DNA of 32,000 bases. Origin: Thermofilum pendens Hrk 5 (GTDB lineage: Archaea > Thermoproteota > Thermoprotei > Thermofilales > Thermofilaceae). Shown piece by piece: positions 18,327 to 25,544 of the stretch. A model generated the notes under the pieces. That model was not told the origin of the DNA and did not search any database. It saw nothing but the letters and a program-made list of their open reading frames with translations. The stretch covers positions 270,001 to 302,000 of the forward strand of contig NC_008698.1 of the NCBI RefSeq assembly GCF_000015225.1, in the 5' to 3' direction. Positions within the stretch are counted from its first letter, which is position 1, and every line of letters begins with the position of its first letter. A program made the position numbers and the translations under genes.

Positions 18327-18485
18327 GCCTCCGATCCTGGTGCGTGTAGAACAGGTACTTCACCTTGGTTGATGGGGCGAGCACGGAGACTTGAGAGAGG
18401 AGCTTCGCGAAGACAGCCCCCGCCCGTATCTGCCAAGCGCTCGGGGGAGGGGGCCGGGCGCCTTTCCCTGCCGGTCTTACCCCTT

Positions 18486-19952
18486 TTATTCTTGTGCCCC
18501 AGCTAGGCGTATCTTCAGCAGTTCTTCGACTAGCTTCTTCGCGGCTGGCTTAGCCTGCGCCTTTGCGGCTGCGAAGCGGTATAGCGCCTCCCAGAGCGTT
18601 GCATCTTCCGCCGCGTGCTCGAAAAGAGAGTCCTGGGGAACCTGGTAGTAGAGCATACCGGCGTTCCTTACGACTCTTACGACCCAACCCTCCTCTACTA
18701 CTCTCTCGTACCAGCCTGGCGGCGCGCCATCGACAGGCATCCTAGCGTAGATACGGGCGTAGTCGCCATGCCCTATGAGCACGAGGTTAAGCAACGCCCC
18801 TGCCACCGGTGCATAAAGATCGAGACGCTGACCATTCTGCCCGGGCTTCCTACCCCTCCTGCCTGGCGCTCCGTAGGCAACGTAGAGCCAGTGCCGAATC
18901 TTCGCGCACCTAGTGACCTTGCCTACGAATGCTACGTACTCCCATGCACGCTCAACCGCGGCGCGGGCATTAGCTATAGCGCTCTCCGCCGGCAAGTAGA
19001 TGTGCTCCTGTCCAACCTTAAAGTAGAGCCATCGAAGCCTTAGGAAGAATTCAAGCTCGCCGTCCCCTAGGAAAGCGGTCGCCAGTGCCACCGAGTCGCC
19101 GTTGAGCTCCTTGCACCTCTCGACGAGTGCACGGAACTCTGCTCGCTTCGTAGCGCCTACAAGTCCTGAAGCCCAGCCTAGCTCATCAGCGTAGCCGTGG
19201 ATGCTCACTTCCCACTTAATGCTCAGCCCGGTGCTACCGAGAATGCCCGCCGTGACACCTATGTCAACGTGGTCGCTTGGAAAGGTTGCGAGCGTGCTTG
19301 GAAGTTGCCAGCTCTGGGTAGTACCGAATTTTATGTCGCTGTAGCGCCCATGAGGGGGTGTCACATCCGTCAGGATCCACCCTCTCTGCAGGCTTCTAAG
19401 CACGTCTGGCGATGTCCTCGCGAGAACCTCCGGGAAACTAGTCTCTGTCCAGAAGCCCTCCAATGGGACGTGTACGATCCAGTCATATGTAGGCTTGTGT
19501 GCGATGACGTGCCAGTTCTCTCTAGGTATGTATACATGCCAGACTTTACCCTTCTTCTCGGCTCTAAGACCGTCTTCTGTTGCATCGACGATTGCCTGTA
19601 GCCTATCGCGTAGCTCTACGACCGCGCTTCCCTCCCTCGGCCTGTTGTCATCGCCTAGCAAGAGGTACTGCCTCAAATCGTAGTCAAACAGCTTGCCGAA
19701 CCTCGGGTAGACGTCGTCCGGCACGACTGTCAGCGCGTGCGCCACGAAGCGCGTAAAGTCCCAGTTAATCGTAGACACCGTGTCGAAGAGGCCGCGGTAG
19801 TGTACCCTGCCCTTCCTCCCGCCCCTGGCTTTCCTCTTATCCTCTGTCCTGGTGGCGTAGAGGCTTAGAGCCGCCCTCCTCCACGTCTCCTCTCTAACCT
19901 TTCTCTCAACCTCTTCATCCCCCATCACGTTCTCTCCAACCATACTTATCAC
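18486..19952 (-). CDS. Hypothetical 488-aa protein, no recognisable domain (Trp/Arg/Ala-rich, Ala/Lys-rich C-terminal tail)
   Basis: An uninterrupted 1467-nt ORF. No P-loop, CxxC, HExxH or other signature that I can recognise. It has 16 Trp by my count and the tail AAAKAQAKPAAKKLVEELLKIRLAGAQE. Possible starts are GTG 19952, ATG 19943 and ATG 19925; the last is preceded by GGAG with 8-nt spacing. Confidence 0.7.
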   Translation of the reverse strand: MISMVGENVMGDEEVERKVREETWRRAALSLYATRTEDKRKARGGRKGRVHYRGLFDTVSTINWDFTRFVAHALTVVPDDVYPRFGKLFDYDLRQYLLLGDDNRPREGSAVVELRDRLQAIVDATEDGLRAEKKGKVWHVYIPRENWHVIAHKPTYDWIVHVPLEGFWTETSFPEVLARTSPDVLRSLQRGWILTDVTPPHGRYSDIKFGTTQSWQLPSTLATFPSDHVDIGVTAGILGSTGLSIKWEVSIHGYADELGWASGLVGATKRAEFRALVERCKELNGDSVALATAFLGDGELEFFLRLRWLYFKVGQEHIYLPAESAIANARAAVERAWEYVAFVGKVTRCAKIRHWLYVAYGAPGRRGRKPGQNGQRLDLYAPVAGALLNLVLIGHGDYARIYARMPVDGAPPGWYERVVEEGWVVRVVRNAGMLYYQVPQDSLFEHAAEDATLWEALYRFAAAKAQAKPAAKKLVEELLKIRLAGAQE

Positions 19953-19956
19953 CCGT

Positions 19957-19966
19957 CCTTAAATGG
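19957..19966. promoter_or_regulatory. Shared AT-rich (TATA-like) element of the divergent 488-aa / 77-aa gene pair
   Basis: CCTTAAATGG is the only AT-rich element in the GC-rich spacer of about 60 bp. It reads CTTAAAT toward the plus-strand gene and ATTTAAG toward the minus-strand gene. Confidence 0.4.
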
Positions 19967-19974
19967 TGGAGGGG

Positions 19975-19991
19975 GCGCCCTGCGAGGGCGC
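19975..19991. promoter_or_regulatory. Perfect 7-bp inverted repeat (GCGCCCT-gcg-AGGGCGC), operator-like or 5'-UTR hairpin
   Basis: Read directly from the sequence. It lies between the TATA-like element and the GGTGG SD (20008-20012) / ATG 20016 of the 77-aa gene, around the expected transcription start. Confidence 0.4.
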
Positions 19992-20012
19992 GGCATCAGG
20001 GGTCAGTGGTGG

Positions 20013-20246
20013 TTGATGAGTGACCCGAGGGATATCGTGCGAACGATAGGCGCGCTTTCGCGTCTTCTGGCGAGCACTCTTAAGGGCGACGAGCTGTACG
20101 AGGCGCGCCTAGTAGAGGCTTTGGACGCAATCGAAGAGTTTCTAGCCTCCGTGGGAAGCGCCCCAGCGAGGGTCGAGGAAGACGAGGAGCTAGCGAGAGA
20201 GCTTGAGGAGGACGTCGAAGAGCTTAGGGGGCTTGGGCTAGCGTAA
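20013..20246 (+). CDS. Hypothetical acidic helical 77-aa protein (start probably ATG 20016)
   Basis: Sequence is MSDPRDIVRTIGALSRLLASTLKGDELYEARLVEALDAIEEFLASVGSAPARVEEDEELARELEEDVEELRGLGLA. An SD-like GGTGG lies 4-8 nt upstream of the ATG, and two T5 runs follow the stop. No motif recognised. Confidence 0.5.
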   Translation: MMSDPRDIVRTIGALSRLLASTLKGDELYEARLVEALDAIEEFLASVGSAPARVEEDEELARELEEDVEELRGLGLA

Positions 20247-20250
20247 AAAC

Positions 20251-20267
20251 TCTTTTTCTCCTTTTTC
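20251..20267 (+). terminator. Oligo-T archaeal terminator after the 77-aa gene
   Basis: tCTTTTTCtcCTTTTTcc contains two T5 runs within 25 nt of the TAA at 20244-20246. Archaeal RNA polymerase terminates at such oligo-T tracts. Confidence 0.5.
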
Positions 20268-20326
20268 CCTGGTTTGTAAACGCGGGAGCACGCGAGAGTG
20301 CGGTATAGCTTTCAGAACCGCCAGGC

Positions 20327-20935
20327 TTATGACCCTGTGTCCAGCGGAGAGCGCGCGCTTGTATTCACGCGGGCAAGAACTCCCATCTCTTCTAGCCTCT
20401 GGGCGACTCTCCTCAACACGTCGCGTACAATGAAACGCTGGTTCAAGCCGCCCAGAGCGTAGGCCGCTTTTCGAATGGACCCCTCGCTTACTACCAGCTT
20501 CAGGACGTTTCTCTCGAACTCGTCGAGCTCTAGGGTGTTCAGCGCTTTCTCTGCTACTTCTCTAAAGGAGGCCGCGTACGGCCACGAGACGTCCACGTCG
20601 CTGGGCGGTTCTTCGAACCTTTCTACCCAGCTGAAATTTATCACGTAGACGTAGCTGTCCGCGGAAAGTCTTGGATAGTGCCGCTTCAGGTTGCGTATCA
20701 GTTCTTCAAGGCTTCCAAAGCCGTCTCTGACCGCTTCGTCAAGCGTCAAGTCCCTGAGCTTCTTCTTATAGATGTACGTTATCTTCGCGCGTCCCAGAAC
20801 TCTACCTCCACAGTGTACAAGCACCTCGTCTCCGGGTTTGAGGCGGGGGCGCTTTACCCTGATCGTTGTCGTCTTCTCGTTTGAGAGAAGCTTTTCGAGG
20901 TACTGCCTAGAGAACAGCAGGTGCTTCTCCCGCAT
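20327..20935 (-). CDS. ASCH-domain (YqfB-like, PUA-fold) protein fused to a C-terminal LuxR/GerE- or sigma-region-4-like helix-turn-helix
   Basis: 202 aa. The N-terminal HLLFSRQYLEKLLSNEKTTTIRVKRPRLKPGDEVLV...LEELIRNLKRHYPRLSADSYVYVINFSWVE aligns by eye with E. coli YqfB ([22 protein letters not shown]...FKTGDVLRV...YVIEFKCL), including the K-T-x-T-I-R block. The C-terminal LDEFERNVLKLVVSEGSIRKAAYALGGLNQRFIVRDVLRRVAQRL follows the L-x3-E-x2-VL-x-LV-x2-G-x-S...(A/L)...V-x2-h-x3-(I/V)-x2-(K/R)-L HTH pattern. ATG 20935 lies 10 nt after the valS stop. Confidence 0.8.
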   Translation of the reverse strand: MREKHLLFSRQYLEKLLSNEKTTTIRVKRPRLKPGDEVLVHCGGRVLGRAKITYIYKKKLRDLTLDEAVRDGFGSLEELIRNLKRHYPRLSADSYVYVINFSWVERFEEPPSDVDVSWPYAASFREVAEKALNTLELDEFERNVLKLVVSEGSIRKAAYALGGLNQRFIVRDVLRRVAQRLEEMGVLARVNTSARSPLDTGS

Positions 20936-20945
20936 AGCGAGCTTT

Positions 20946-23375
20946 TTACGGCGAAATCTGTATCGAAATCTCCGGGTACTCGGGTACCTTTCTGCCCGCG
21001 GGCTCTCCCCTTACGACCTCTACCTTCTTGGCGCGCAGGGTGCCCGCTACGTCGTCCACAACTGCTTTCAGCTCCTCTGAGTACTTCTCCGAGTACAAGT
21101 ACACCGCGCTTACTTCCTTGTTAAGCGGTATCCTAGCGTCGTGCTTGGCGCGCCTACCCTCCGCCAGAACCGCTATCAGTATGTCTCCTACCCTGGCCTT
21201 CTCCTCGTCGTAGGCCGGCGGCTCCGGCCATGGGGACACCGTTATGCTCTCCCAGCCTCCAGCCTTCTTCAAAACGTCGACGTAGATCTCCTCGGAGATG
21301 TGGGGCGCGAAGACCGAGAGCATCTGCAACGTCTTAATGAGTACTACGTACAGCGTGTACTTCGCGGCTTCGTCGCTCCTGCTAAGTCTGTGCTTCACAG
21401 CCTCGACGTAGTGGTCGGCGAGCTTGTGCCAAGTGAAGTCTACGAGAGCCTGAGAGGCTTCCTGAAAGTTGTAGTTTTCAAGGGCTTGCGTTACGCGAGT
21501 CACCGTTGAAGCGAGCTCGCGCAGTATCCAGTGGTCAGCATGCGAGAGGTTGCCGAGGGGGACTTCTCTCACGTCCTCTATAAACGGGCTTGCAAGCCTC
21601 GCGAGATTCCACACCTTAACTAGGAACCTGTGCGCGTAGTCGACGCCGTCCCAGGAGAACCTGACGTCTTGCCCTGTAGCGGCTGCGAGGGCAACCCAAA
21701 GCCTGAAGCTGTCTGCACCGTACTTCTCGAGAACCTCCTGCACGGCAACATAGTTCCCGTAGCTCTTATGCATCATCCTCCCATCTGTGCCTCTCACCAT
21801 CCCGTTGATTAGGGCTGTTTTGAACTGTGAACGTCCGAAGAGAGCTACGCCTCGCAATATCAGGTAGTAGTCCCACGTTCTTATAATGTCGTAGCCGTTT
21901 GGCTGAAGGTCGGCGGGGAAAAGCCTTTCGTCGAAGTTGTCAGGCCAGCCGGCGTGCACCGCGGCAGTTATGCTCGAATCCATCCACGTGTCCATAACGT
22001 CTCTCTCCGGCACTATGTTCTTTGAACCGCACTTTGGACACTTCTCGAATGGTGGCGGGTCGAACCTAGGGTCTATCGGTAGCTTTTCTGGAGGAACTAC
22101 TAGCTCGGCTCCACAGTCCTTGCAGTAATACACGGGGATGGGGGTCGCGAAGAGCCTTTGTCTCGATATTACCCAGTCCCAGTCCAGGCTCAGAACCCAG
22201 TTTTCGAGCCTTTTATACATGTAGCTTGGAACCCAGTTCACCTTCCTCCCTTCTTCGAGAACTTTTTCGTTGAGCGCAGTCGAGCGTACGAACCACTGCT
22301 TCTTGGGTATTATCTCTACGGGGGTGTGGCACCGCCAACAGGTCCCGACAGTGGATCTTATGCTCTCAACCTTCACGAGCAAACCGTTTTCCTTCAACAT
22401 TTCGACAATCTTCTTTCTGGCATCCTCCACCTTTAAGCCCTTAAGGGGTCCGGCGTTGTCGTTCATTGTTCCCTGCTCGGTTATCGAGATGATCACCGGT
22501 AGGTTGTACTTTTTCTGCCACTTCACGTCCGTCTTATCTCCGTACGTGCACACCATGACTGCGCCTGTGCCGAAGTCCTTATCCACGGCTTCGTCGGCTA
22601 TTATGGGCACCTTTCTACCGTAGATAGGCACTACAGCGTTTTTTCCCACGAGGTGCTTGTACCTCTCATCGGATGGGTTCACGGCGACGGCCACGCAAGA
22701 AGCCAACAACTCGGGCCTCGTGGATGCTACTACGAGTTCTTCTCCTGTTCCTTCAACGCCAAACTTGAAGTAGTACAACGGCCGATCCCTTTCTTCGTAC
22801 TCCACTTCAGCTTCGGCTATTGCCGTTTCACAACGTGGACACCATATGACCGGGTGCTCCCCCCTGTAGATCAACCCCTTGTTGTACATTAGGACGAAGC
22901 TCAGTTGTGTTCTCCTCCAGTAATCCGGGTCCATAGTTTTGTACTCCGTAGACCAGTCGATGCTTAAGCCTAAGCCTTTAAGGGCGGCTTTCATACTCTC
23001 TATCCACTTCAACGTGTACTCGCGGCAAAGCCTCAGGAACTCGTTGGGATCCATTTCACTCTTCCTCTTGCCGACAGCCTTCTCCACGCGAACCTCCGTT
23101 GGAAGCCCGTGGCAATCCCAGCCCTGCGGGAAGAGCACGTTGTACCCTCTCATCCTCTTGTACCTTGCCACGAAGTCTATGTAGGAAAAGTTCAGCGCGT
23201 TCCCCACGTGGAGGTCTCCGCTGGGATACGGGGGAGGCGTATCTATGACGTAGACAGGCCTACTCCTGTCCTTCCGGTCAAACCTGTATATGCCCTTCTC
23301 CTCCCAGAATCTCTGCCACTTACCCTCCACCGCCTTGAAGTTGTATTCCTTGGGTAAGCGAAACTCTACAGTCAT
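20946..23375 (-). CDS. valS: Valyl-tRNA synthetase
   Basis: 809 aa. The class I HIGH region is PPPYPSGDLHVGNA. GWDCHGLPTE is present. The CP1 editing block is VASTRPELL...AVAVNPSDERYKHLVGK...PIIADEAVDKDFGTGAVMVCTYGDKTD. The KMSKS variant is RMMHKSYGN. Size and CP1 fit ValRS rather than IleRS or LeuRS. Confidence 0.92.
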   Translation of the reverse strand: MTVEFRLPKEYNFKAVEGKWQRFWEEKGIYRFDRKDRSRPVYVIDTPPPYPSGDLHVGNALNFSYIDFVARYKRMRGYNVLFPQGWDCHGLPTEVRVEKAVGKRKSEMDPNEFLRLCREYTLKWIESMKAALKGLGLSIDWSTEYKTMDPDYWRRTQLSFVLMYNKGLIYRGEHPVIWCPRCETAIAEAEVEYEERDRPLYYFKFGVEGTGEELVVASTRPELLASCVAVAVNPSDERYKHLVGKNAVVPIYGRKVPIIADEAVDKDFGTGAVMVCTYGDKTDVKWQKKYNLPVIISITEQGTMNDNAGPLKGLKVEDARKKIVEMLKENGLLVKVESIRSTVGTCWRCHTPVEIIPKKQWFVRSTALNEKVLEEGRKVNWVPSYMYKRLENWVLSLDWDWVISRQRLFATPIPVYYCKDCGAELVVPPEKLPIDPRFDPPPFEKCPKCGSKNIVPERDVMDTWMDSSITAAVHAGWPDNFDERLFPADLQPNGYDIIRTWDYYLILRGVALFGRSQFKTALINGMVRGTDGRMMHKSYGNYVAVQEVLEKYGADSFRLWVALAAATGQDVRFSWDGVDYAHRFLVKVWNLARLASPFIEDVREVPLGNLSHADHWILRELASTVTRVTQALENYNFQEASQALVDFTWHKLADHYVEAVKHRLSRSDEAAKYTLYVVLIKTLQMLSVFAPHISEEIYVDVLKKAGGWESITVSPWPEPPAYDEEKARVGDILIAVLAEGRRAKHDARIPLNKEVSAVYLYSEKYSEELKAVVDDVAGTLRAKKVEVVRGEPAGRKVPEYPEISIQISP

Positions 23376-23486
23376 TGTCTCAGCACCTACTAAGGATCCA
23401 TCCTGCTTCTAATCCAGCCACTGTATTGCGCAATAAAGTTTGCGCATGTCTATGTTTAGATAAAGAACGCGACACTGTTGCACAGG

Positions 23487-24266
23487 TTAATGATGGTGAT
23501 GGTGGTGATGGTGTAGTTCCTCGTCTTCGTAAGTCTCCTCAGTATACTGGGCTTCTATCCCGGCTATCGCTTCCTGAAGACTTCTGGGTATCTCGACTCC
23601 GTAGGCTTCGAGTATTTTCGCCACGAAGTAGGGGTCGGGAGCCGCCCCTTCGAACTCGTTCTTATCCTCGCCGTTTACCTGTATAACGTTCTTCGGGACA
23701 GCGTACACGCCATACCTGTCCGCTAAATCCGAGAACTCTAGAGCCTCTATCATGTCTCCGTAGATGTTCTTGTTCACCATGGCAAACCTGTGAGCGGCAC
23801 GGACAGCTATCGGGCAATAGGGGCAAGTGGGTGTCACGAATATCATTATCCGGGTAGGCTTAGTCACGTACTTCAAGAGTATCTCCCTGATCTCCGGAGA
23901 AATGTTAACCCTACCCGTAGACGCATCGATGATGTCTTCAACAAACGCGCCGAACTCGTAGCCAGCCGGTATACCGAAGAACCTCACATTCCACTCGTCC
24001 ACACCATGGATGAGTATAGCCGGAAACATGTCTATGCTGTACTTCTTTGCCTCAGGGTCTTTACTCGTATACCTAGTGACGCGGACTTTCCCACCGGATA
24101 CCTGTTGCACAAGGTTTAGTATCTGCTCTGTGTCATCGCAGTAAACACACTCGGAGCCCGGGTCCACGAACCACTTGATGCTCACTGGGTTCTCGAGAGC
24201 CTGAAACATCTGCCTCAAGTCGTTTACGAGTTCCTCATCGTATTCAACAGGCATAGAGTTTACCAC
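23487..24266 (-). CDS. Protein disulfide oxidoreductase (PDO; two thioredoxin-fold units with CVYC and CPYC sites) with a C-terminal His8 tail
   Basis: 259 aa. The N-unit is GSECVYCDD and the C-unit is FVTPTCPYCPIAV...VPKNVI, the architecture of the Pyrococcus/Aeropyrum PDO family. It ends ...TEETYEDEELHHHHHHHH (eight His codons at 23490-23513, mixed CAC/CAT). Start is GTG 24266 or ATG 24254. Confidence 0.88.
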   Translation of the reverse strand: MVNSMPVEYDEELVNDLRQMFQALENPVSIKWFVDPGSECVYCDDTEQILNLVQQVSGGKVRVTRYTSKDPEAKKYSIDMFPAILIHGVDEWNVRFFGIPAGYEFGAFVEDIIDASTGRVNISPEIREILLKYVTKPTRIMIFVTPTCPYCPIAVRAAHRFAMVNKNIYGDMIEALEFSDLADRYGVYAVPKNVIQVNGEDKNEFEGAAPDPYFVAKILEAYGVEIPRSLQEAIAGIEAQYTEETYEDEELHHHHHHHH

Positions 24267-24339
24267 TCGCTGTTGTCTTCGCTTGTTTTAAAGCTTTTGT
24301 GTTACTCAGCATTGTGTCGGTCTCGCGGAGCGCTTCGCA

Positions 24340-25032
24340 TCATATCACTTGCACACCGTGCAGGTACCCCACTATGATCTTTGATGGTTTTTTGACGGAG
24401 AATATTCCCGTCTCTATTAGTCCAGGGACGCTCTTTAAGGAAAGCTCGAGCCTTAACGGGTCTTTAAGTTCGTCGAAAAGCGCATCGAGGATAAAGTTCC
24501 CGTTATCGGTTAGCACCGGTCCTAGCTTCCCTTTTTCGTAGGTTCTAAGCGTAACGTTCACCGCGCCGTAACTCTTCCTTAACTCCTCCATAACCTTCTT
24601 GAAAGCCTGAGGATGGACCTCTACGGGAACGTTAAGGTTCCTTGGGGTCTCCGCGACCTTTGTCGCATCCACAATTACTACATACTCCTTGGAGTAGTAG
24701 TCCACGATCTTTTCTCTAAGAAGACACCCTCCTCCCCCCTTGATCAGGGACCTATCCGGTAGCACGGTGTCGGCGCCGTCGAAGCTTACCTCTGGGGTGT
24801 ACTCGTGTAGCGGTACTTCGAGTAGACCTTTCCCGGCAGCGTAGAGGCTTGTATCGATGGATGAGGATACAAAGAAAATTGTAAGGTTTTCCTGCCTTAC
24901 CCTCTCGGCGAGTACGTCTATGAAGATCTTCACTGTAGTCCCACTCCCAAGCCCCACGACCATGCCGTCACGAACGTGGCGCGCAGCTTCCCTAGCGGCG
25001 TTTAGCTTCATACTGAGCGAATCCTCGGTCAC
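24340..25032 (-). CDS. rpiA: Ribose-5-phosphate isomerase A
   Basis: 230 aa. Contains VVGLGSGTTV...FDGADTVLPDRSLIKGGGGCLLREKIV, the canonical RpiA blocks. The GTG start has a TATA-like CTTAATAAGG (25053-25062) about 26 nt upstream, suggesting a leaderless mRNA. Confidence 0.92.
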   Translation of the reverse strand: MTEDSLSMKLNAAREAARHVRDGMVVGLGSGTTVKIFIDVLAERVRQENLTIFFVSSSIDTSLYAAGKGLLEVPLHEYTPEVSFDGADTVLPDRSLIKGGGGCLLREKIVDYYSKEYVVIVDATKVAETPRNLNVPVEVHPQAFKKVMEELRKSYGAVNVTLRTYEKGKLGPVLTDNGNFILDALFDELKDPLRLELSLKSVPGLIETGIFSVKKPSKIIVGYLHGVQVI

Positions 25033-25118
25033 GCACGCCTAAAGCGCCTGAGCCTTATTAAGAAAACGCGACGCGTGCGGGAGAAGGATAAGCCTAGCGT
25101 AGATTTTCGGCTCTTATT

Positions 25119-25481
25119 TTGAATGTTGGGGTTTTATTTCTGCTAGGAAGAAAAAGGTACGGTGTATCTCCAATGCCTGACGATGTGCCCGGATGGCCTT
25201 TAATGGAGGAGGAGGTCTTGATCCTGGAGGGCAAGGATAAGATATACTTCAATTTTCCCTACCAGCTGTACAAGAAGGAGTTGAGGAGGCGACTTCTAAG
25301 ATACAACGTTGAAGTAAACATAAAGGAGGATGTTCTCGGCGGTAAACGGGTCGAAATCACTGTTGACAAACAAGTGGGTTTGGAGATAAAAGCTTGGCTT
25401 TCAATACGCCTCCCAACCATGCGAGAAAAATACTACGTAACAGAGCTAGAAGAAGTGTCGCATGCAAAAGAAGAAGCTTAG
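25119..25481 (+). CDS. Hypothetical protein (about 102-120 aa)
   Basis: ORF upstream of and co-oriented with the SPOUT methyltransferase gene (63-nt gap). TTTTATTT (25131-25138) sits about 35-40 nt before ATG 25173, which suggests the shorter MPDDVPGW... model. No motif recognised. Confidence 0.5.
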   Translation: MNVGVLFLLGRKRYGVSPMPDDVPGWPLMEEEVLILEGKDKIYFNFPYQLYKKELRRRLLRYNVEVNIKEDVLGGKRVEITVDKQVGLEIKAWLSIRLPTMREKYYVTELEEVSHAKEEA

Positions 25482-25544
25482 GTTGTCTGAGCGGATCCTG
25501 TTGCGTTACCTTTAAGCCTAAGCGCTTGAATGTTTCTCTGAGCG

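Noticed and set aside
18340-18485. G/C-run-rich 185-bp spacer (gggggagggggccggg, cccccgccc, palindrome CTTCGCGAAG at 18403-18412) considered as a G-quadruplex, structured ncRNA or tRNA-derived att site.
   Set aside because: Only three closely spaced G-runs are present, so there is no canonical four-run G4. Possible stems are 5 bp or shorter. There is no tRNA-like 3' end. The 10-bp palindrome has no loop and no second copy. It is retained only as context for the orphan gene's 3' region.
18615-19601. Antisense ORFs of 142 aa (18615-19043) and 134 aa (19197-19601) opposite the 488-aa gene, raising the question of which strand is coding.
   Set aside because: The minus-strand ORF is uninterrupted for 1467 nt, whereas the plus-strand frames are broken into pieces. 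Minus-strand start and terminator contexts are plausible. The antisense translations are Pro/Arg/Cys-rich and low-complexity.
18300-20330. Direct repeats flanking the orphan gene pair, as evidence of site-specific integration.
   Set aside because: By eye only 7-8-mers are shared between the flanks (gagggggc, gggcgcc), which is within chance expectation for GC-rich sequence. No integrase is present. The insertion hypothesis therefore rests on context and composition only and needs comparative genomics.
23490-23513. His8 run as an engineered affinity tag or vector contamination.
   Set aside because: The codons are an irregular CAC/CAT mix preceded by native acidic sequence (EDEEL), not the LEHHHHHH (ctcgag cac x6) vector junction. 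The flanks are ordinary genomic intergenic sequence with a native stop, and the next gene is valS. I treated it as native, but it is worth verifying in reads.
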